Of a DNA stretch of 20,218 nucleotides, positions 16,477-20,218 are shown one piece after another (the first letter of the stretch is position 1; every line of letters starts with the position of its first letter). Both the position numbers and the translations under genes were made by a program. The stretch is from the UHGV virus genome UHGV-1746005, one strand, 5' to 3'. The DNA comes from a virus. The notes beneath the pieces were generated by a model. It was not told the origin of the DNA. It made no database searches and saw only the letters and a program-made list of their open reading frames with translations.

Positions 16477-16773
16477 TTATGCTTTCCTGCGCAGAGGCGC
16501 ACACTTATTCAGCAATAATAAATGTAATTCTTTGTTATCCCTAAGTATTTCGACACACCAATATCGTAACGTGTTCACTTCAAGTGTAGCCAGCACCTTA
16601 TGTCGAAGTCCTCCCTCCCCTGCACATAACGATGGCCGACATTCTGCTAAGGCACATAACCATGTATTGGCATCATAGAGAATCCAATAATGCTCCTCTG
16701 AAATAGTTTTGCATCCAATTATTTCGAATCTTCGTTCTATCGTTTCAGGAGAGTATGAAAAATCAATTTCCAT
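16477..16773 (-). CDS. Orphan hypothetical ORF (98 aa), convergent with the two-gene operon
   Basis: Only the ORF itself; no convincing SD or promoter; Cys/Trp-containing, moderately protein-like composition. Confidence 0.25.
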   Translation of the reverse strand: MEIDFSYSPETIERRFEIIGCKTISEEHYWILYDANTWLCALAECRPSLCAGEGGLRHKVLATLEVNTLRYWCVEILRDNKELHLLLLNKCAPLRRKA

Positions 16774-16812
16774 AATATGCTCAAAATTTCGCTATACCGG
16801 CATAATTTAAGC

Positions 16813-16837
16813 ACAAAAAAGCTCCCGTAGGAGCTTT
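16813..16837 (-). terminator. Strong rho-independent terminator ending the right-hand structural operon
   Basis: On the minus strand AAAGCTCC-TACG-GGAGCTTT followed by TTTTTTGTGC, ~20 nt after the stop of the 169-aa gene (16857). Confidence 0.65.
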
Positions 16838-16856
16838 AAAATACAAGGGGTGACTC

Positions 16857-17366
16857 TTAATCCCACTCAATCCAGTTGTAAACGATACGAAGTGACGGGC
16901 GCACAGCGGCAGTCACATCTTCGGTACTAAAGTCGATTGCATCACTGTAGATTTTGCAGTCCAACATTTCAATTGTTGTAGCAGCTTTTGTCACAGCGTT
17001 AACCCCGGAAGATTTGGATTCAGGGGTAGCAGCCATCGTGATATCAACATAGTCCTTCGCCGCAATGCGATCCTTGATGAACTGAAGAATATCGCCTTCG
17101 ATAGTCTCCACGCACTGGACCTGGATTTCCCCAGAGTTTCGAATTGGTCCGTGCTGGTTGAACTTCACACCATTCGGACCATAGTCCTCCACATCCTCGC
17201 GTGTCATTTCAGGGATTTGCGACGTGCGAACCAGTACGCTGATATCTTCATGGCCTGCAAAAGTGAGCTGGAATTCAGAAGATACCAGTCGTTCGCCTTT
17301 GGCCGCGTTGGCAGTATAGCGGCCCTTAATAAATTTACGGTTTCCCTTAGTGTTATTGTGCCCCAT
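16857..17366 (-). CDS. Virion morphogenesis/structural protein, 169 aa (unassigned)
   Basis: Last gene of the minus-strand operon before the terminator; 11-nt spacing from the upstream gene. Confidence 0.55.
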   Translation of the reverse strand: MGHNNTKGNRKFIKGRYTANAAKGERLVSSEFQLTFAGHEDISVLVRTSQIPEMTREDVEDYGPNGVKFNQHGPIRNSGEIQVQCVETIEGDILQFIKDRIAAKDYVDITMAATPESKSSGVNAVTKAATTIEMLDCKIYSDAIDFSTEDVTAAVRPSLRIVYNWIEWD

Positions 17367-17377
17367 ATAAAATCCTT

Positions 17378-17959
17378 TTACTGGAACGCCCGAACAATAT
17401 CGGAGCTGTTATATATCGAAGAACCGGTCAACTGGAGGTTGACGGTGTTTTTCAGGAAATATCCATTACTGTCCCTTGGCGCATCGAGATCAAAACTTAA
17501 GTCCTGGATGGCGACATCGGTGATGTTGATCCGGCGACCAATGTTTAGCGTCACGCGCTCCGGGATTCGACCACCAACATTGGCCGCTTTTAGTTCCGGG
17601 CTAATCATGGCTGTCAACGCGGCGATAGCGCCTGAAACTTCAATGAATGGATTGTTCAAAGCAATGAAAGTTACAGGCAGCGTGAACGTCGGCGGAGTCC
17701 CCCCTTCCCAAACCATTAAGCTATTCCAACGGGCAACCGACGTTGTTTCAGTACCTACTTGCACAAAACCACCCAGAGCACCAGAAACAGATCCCATGGA
17801 CATACCGGTAAACGGCGCTTCCCAATTCTGGGCCATGTTCATTGCCGCTCCCTGGCTGATATATCCGGTAACCTGGTACTGAGAGTTCGTTAAAGTAACT
17901 TTCAGAAATGGCGATACACCGTCAGCCTGGCTGTAAACCCCATAAGGTATAGGTGCCAT
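17378..17959 (-). CDS. Virion morphogenesis/structural protein, 193 aa (unassigned)
   Basis: Long ORF in the same operon; Gly/Ser/Thr-rich composition typical of structural proteins. Confidence 0.55.
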   Translation of the reverse strand: MAPIPYGVYSQADGVSPFLKVTLTNSQYQVTGYISQGAAMNMAQNWEAPFTGMSMGSVSGALGGFVQVGTETTSVARWNSLMVWEGGTPPTFTLPVTFIALNNPFIEVSGAIAALTAMISPELKAANVGGRIPERVTLNIGRRINITDVAIQDLSFDLDAPRDSNGYFLKNTVNLQLTGSSIYNSSDIVRAFQ

Positions 17960-17994
17960 TCAAGTTAAAGGCCGGAGTTCTCCGGCCTCCTCCT

Positions 17995-18810
17995 TTAGCC
18001 AAGGCGCTTACGGCGCAGTTTCATTGACTTTTTGCGGGCAAGTTTTGCCGCGCCGGTCTGGGCTTTTCGACGCGCTTTTTTCAGCGCCGATTTTTGAGCC
18101 GCAGTCAGACGTTTTTTACGCAGGCGTTTACGGATGAGTTTGATCTCACCGTTACGAACAACCTTCTTAAATGCTTCAGTCAGCATTTCATCAGAAGTGC
18201 CAGCAACAACAAACGCCGCTTCCAGTTCGTCGCGGTCGTCGCTATCTAAACCAGCGATAGAGGCACCAACATCAGCAGCAGCGTCGTCGTCTTCATCGTC
18301 AGCCAGTGCTTCGATCAGGTCATCATCTACACCGCATGCTGCGAGGAAGTCAGCAACATTTGCCCATGCTTCGTTATAGGCATCGTCCTGTTCTTCTGTA
18401 ACTTCGGAGTCGTCGTCATCAGAGATACCAGCGATAGCCTGAACGAAACCATCAAGGGAGTCGAAAGTCAGATCACCGCTATCAGCCCAGGAGAAAACGG
18501 CGTCGGCCGCATCACTCAACGCATTCTGCATAGCACTTCGATTTGCAGCTTCCAGAATCATCTGGTGCGCCTGTTCGACGGTCCATTCTTTACCGTCTTT
18601 CCCTTCCAGGATTTGCTCTGGAGCCGGGGCAGATGGAACGTTATCGTTAGTCTGTGCCGCCGGTTCCGGATTATTATTAATAACCGGATCTGTTGGCGGT
18701 TCGGCGCTTGCTCGGGCAGACTCCATCAGCTGCACAGGATCAGAGTTCAAAGCGAAACGGGACAGTCCATTCCCCAAAAATGCCCCGGATTGAAAAAAGT
18801 TTTTGCTCAT
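17995..18810 (-). CDS. Highly acidic protein with polybasic C-terminal tail, 271 aa (scaffold/internal-protein-like; unassigned)
   Basis: Asp/Glu-rich centre (DDDDSEVTEEQDD, ADDEDDDAAAD) and a C-terminal ~55 residues dominated by K/R (KLIRKRLRKKRLTAAQKSALKKARRK...RRKRLG). Confidence 0.55.
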   Translation of the reverse strand: MSKNFFQSGAFLGNGLSRFALNSDPVQLMESARASAEPPTDPVINNNPEPAAQTNDNVPSAPAPEQILEGKDGKEWTVEQAHQMILEAANRSAMQNALSDAADAVFSWADSGDLTFDSLDGFVQAIAGISDDDDSEVTEEQDDAYNEAWANVADFLAACGVDDDLIEALADDEDDDAAADVGASIAGLDSDDRDELEAAFVVAGTSDEMLTEAFKKVVRNGEIKLIRKRLRKKRLTAAQKSALKKARRKAQTGAAKLARKKSMKLRRKRLG

Positions 18811-18819
18811 TGTATTCCC

Positions 18820-20091
18820 TTACTTAATAAGCAGCGGTACGCCCTGGATACGACGGGCTACGCCAGTCGGGCAGCAGGCCCAGACTACTTCCCATTTATC
18901 GAATTCCGCCTGCGTAACTTTCAGCACATACGGTTCTGTACCGTCAGCATCGGGATCACGAGGAGCCACCAGAGCGCCGGAGGCGACAAAGCGATCTAAA
19001 AGTTTGGTCATCCCTTTAGTCAGGCCAGCCGCAGTAATACCGTCCGGGCTATGCTTCATCTGTCGGGCTAACTGGACAAAGAAACGACTGATTGCATTCA
19101 TCAGGGATGGGACGTGCTGGAAGTGCAGATAGTTATCCTGCGTGCAGCAAGTTAAAGCATCGTCGATGATCATCTGGCCAGAGGTGCCAACAGATACTTT
19201 ATTGAGACGGCCCTTGACCATTGCTTCTTCGTCCGGGGTATCTTCCGGATACAGCGGTTGAATTGACGCACGAGCAATGACGGCACGTTCTTCACCAGCC
19301 GGTGAGTAATGCCAACCGCCGACATCAGAGTTTTTCTTGACGCCACGAGCTTTCGCCGCATACGCCACGCCAGACAGACCAAAGACCACACGGGATTGGG
19401 TCCATTTGTCTTTGCAGGAGAACGGGTAGTGATAGACAGAACAGCTTACATAATCGGTACCAAGTAAACCGGTATCCTCAACAGCTGGTAGTGCTTCTGC
19501 GTACGTTAATGTCGGTTTGACATCAAAGAAGCCATCAATCAGGCGATCTGCACAGATTTTACCTAATGCGGTGATAGCCGCATTGTCATAGCAGCCCAGG
19601 CCAAGAACAGCGGTGTACATGTACGGCGCATTGTTCAGCACTTTCACCGCACGCAGGTACGCAGCTGTTGATATTTTCGACTGATCACCGTTGGTACCAC
19701 CAGTGAACGCCAACGATTTTTTATTTGTTACTTTCGCCGTCGAAATCAGCTCTTCATTAACAACCGCGCGCAGATATTTAGAACGGGCTTCCAGAGCCGT
19801 AGGCAGATAACACAAGCGGCCCATGTCATCTTTCGCTTCTTCCGCCAAAGACACAGTGTGTGTCTCCAGGGTCGTTACCACGCCGAGCGAAGTCGTCTGG
19901 GTCAGTTTTAAGAGGAAGCGTTCATTACCCGCGCTGTCCGCTGTTGCCGTTTCGATGGTTAACTCACGGGTAGGTGAAATACACGGATCACCATCATCAA
20001 CGTAGATAGCAAAGGCTTCGCCGCTATCAAGTTCAATTTCAGAACCGTATGGCAACGCACTGTAAGCCGGTTCGCCTGATTCATCGAACAT
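18820..20091 (-). CDS. Virion structural protein, 423 aa (unassigned; could be a baseplate, sheath or capsid component)
   Basis: Long ORF with ATG at 20089-20091 and an in-frame stop 29 codons upstream; 9-nt gap to the downstream acidic-protein gene. Confidence 0.55.
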   Translation of the reverse strand: MFDESGEPAYSALPYGSEIELDSGEAFAIYVDDGDPCISPTRELTIETATADSAGNERFLLKLTQTTSLGVVTTLETHTVSLAEEAKDDMGRLCYLPTALEARSKYLRAVVNEELISTAKVTNKKSLAFTGGTNGDQSKISTAAYLRAVKVLNNAPYMYTAVLGLGCYDNAAITALGKICADRLIDGFFDVKPTLTYAEALPAVEDTGLLGTDYVSCSVYHYPFSCKDKWTQSRVVFGLSGVAYAAKARGVKKNSDVGGWHYSPAGEERAVIARASIQPLYPEDTPDEEAMVKGRLNKVSVGTSGQMIIDDALTCCTQDNYLHFQHVPSLMNAISRFFVQLARQMKHSPDGITAAGLTKGMTKLLDRFVASGALVAPRDPDADGTEPYVLKVTQAEFDKWEVVWACCPTGVARRIQGVPLLIK

Positions 20092-20218
20092 AATAATCGG
20101 GAACTTCGCATCATCCGGAACAGCACGGACAACATAACCAGACGTTTGCTGAATAGCTTCGTAGGCACTGTTGCAAAGTTAGCGATGAGGCAGCCTTTTG
20201 TCTTATTCAAAGGCCTTA

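Noticed and set aside
16857-20091. Assigning the 423-aa and 169-aa proteins as tail sheath and tail tube
   Set aside because: Considered because of size and a C-terminal aromatic motif in the 169-aa protein (IVYNWIEWD), but an acidic 271-aa gene and a 193-aa gene separate them, and no diagnostic sheath or tube motif could be verified by eye; left as unassigned structural proteins.
19959-20210. 83-aa minus-strand ORF overlapping the start of the 423-aa gene
   Set aside because: Different frame overlapping the 5' end of a well-supported gene; Leu/Arg/Ser-rich; no evidence for an independent gene. A true upstream gene may exist beyond the window end but cannot be assessed.

Overview
This window reads as a segment of a P1-family (phage-plasmid type) prophage. 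Left part (1-9978, minus strand): a tightly coupled tail/baseplate operon ending in a tail-fiber gene with collar repeats that runs off the window start, including a 1225-aa tape-measure-like protein with a lytic transglycosylase (SLT) domain and an internal ~297-bp tandem duplication. Right part (16857-20091, minus strand): four further virion morphogenesis genes closed by a strong terminator. Between them (about 10.0-16.85 kb) lies an accessory/regulatory block: (i) an AT-rich minus-strand operon of three signal-peptide proteins (sim-like by position); (ii) a plus-strand immunity module closely matching the P1 immI/L-rep layout, with a C1-operator-like 17-mer, a near-consensus sigma70 promoter, a structured leader with c4/CI-type antisense complementarities, a 73-aa Icd-like ORF, an antirepressor with a nested in-frame start, then a KilA-N/KilAC protein (266 aa) and an HTH RepL-like protein (281 aa); (iii) an AT-rich, translationally coupled two-gene operon (15142-16310) of unknown function, the best candidate for an undescribed defence or abortive-infection-like system. 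No rRNA, tRNA, CRISPR array, integrase or IS element was seen. All family assignments are from motif recognition and recalled synteny without database searches; GC values are rough hand counts.
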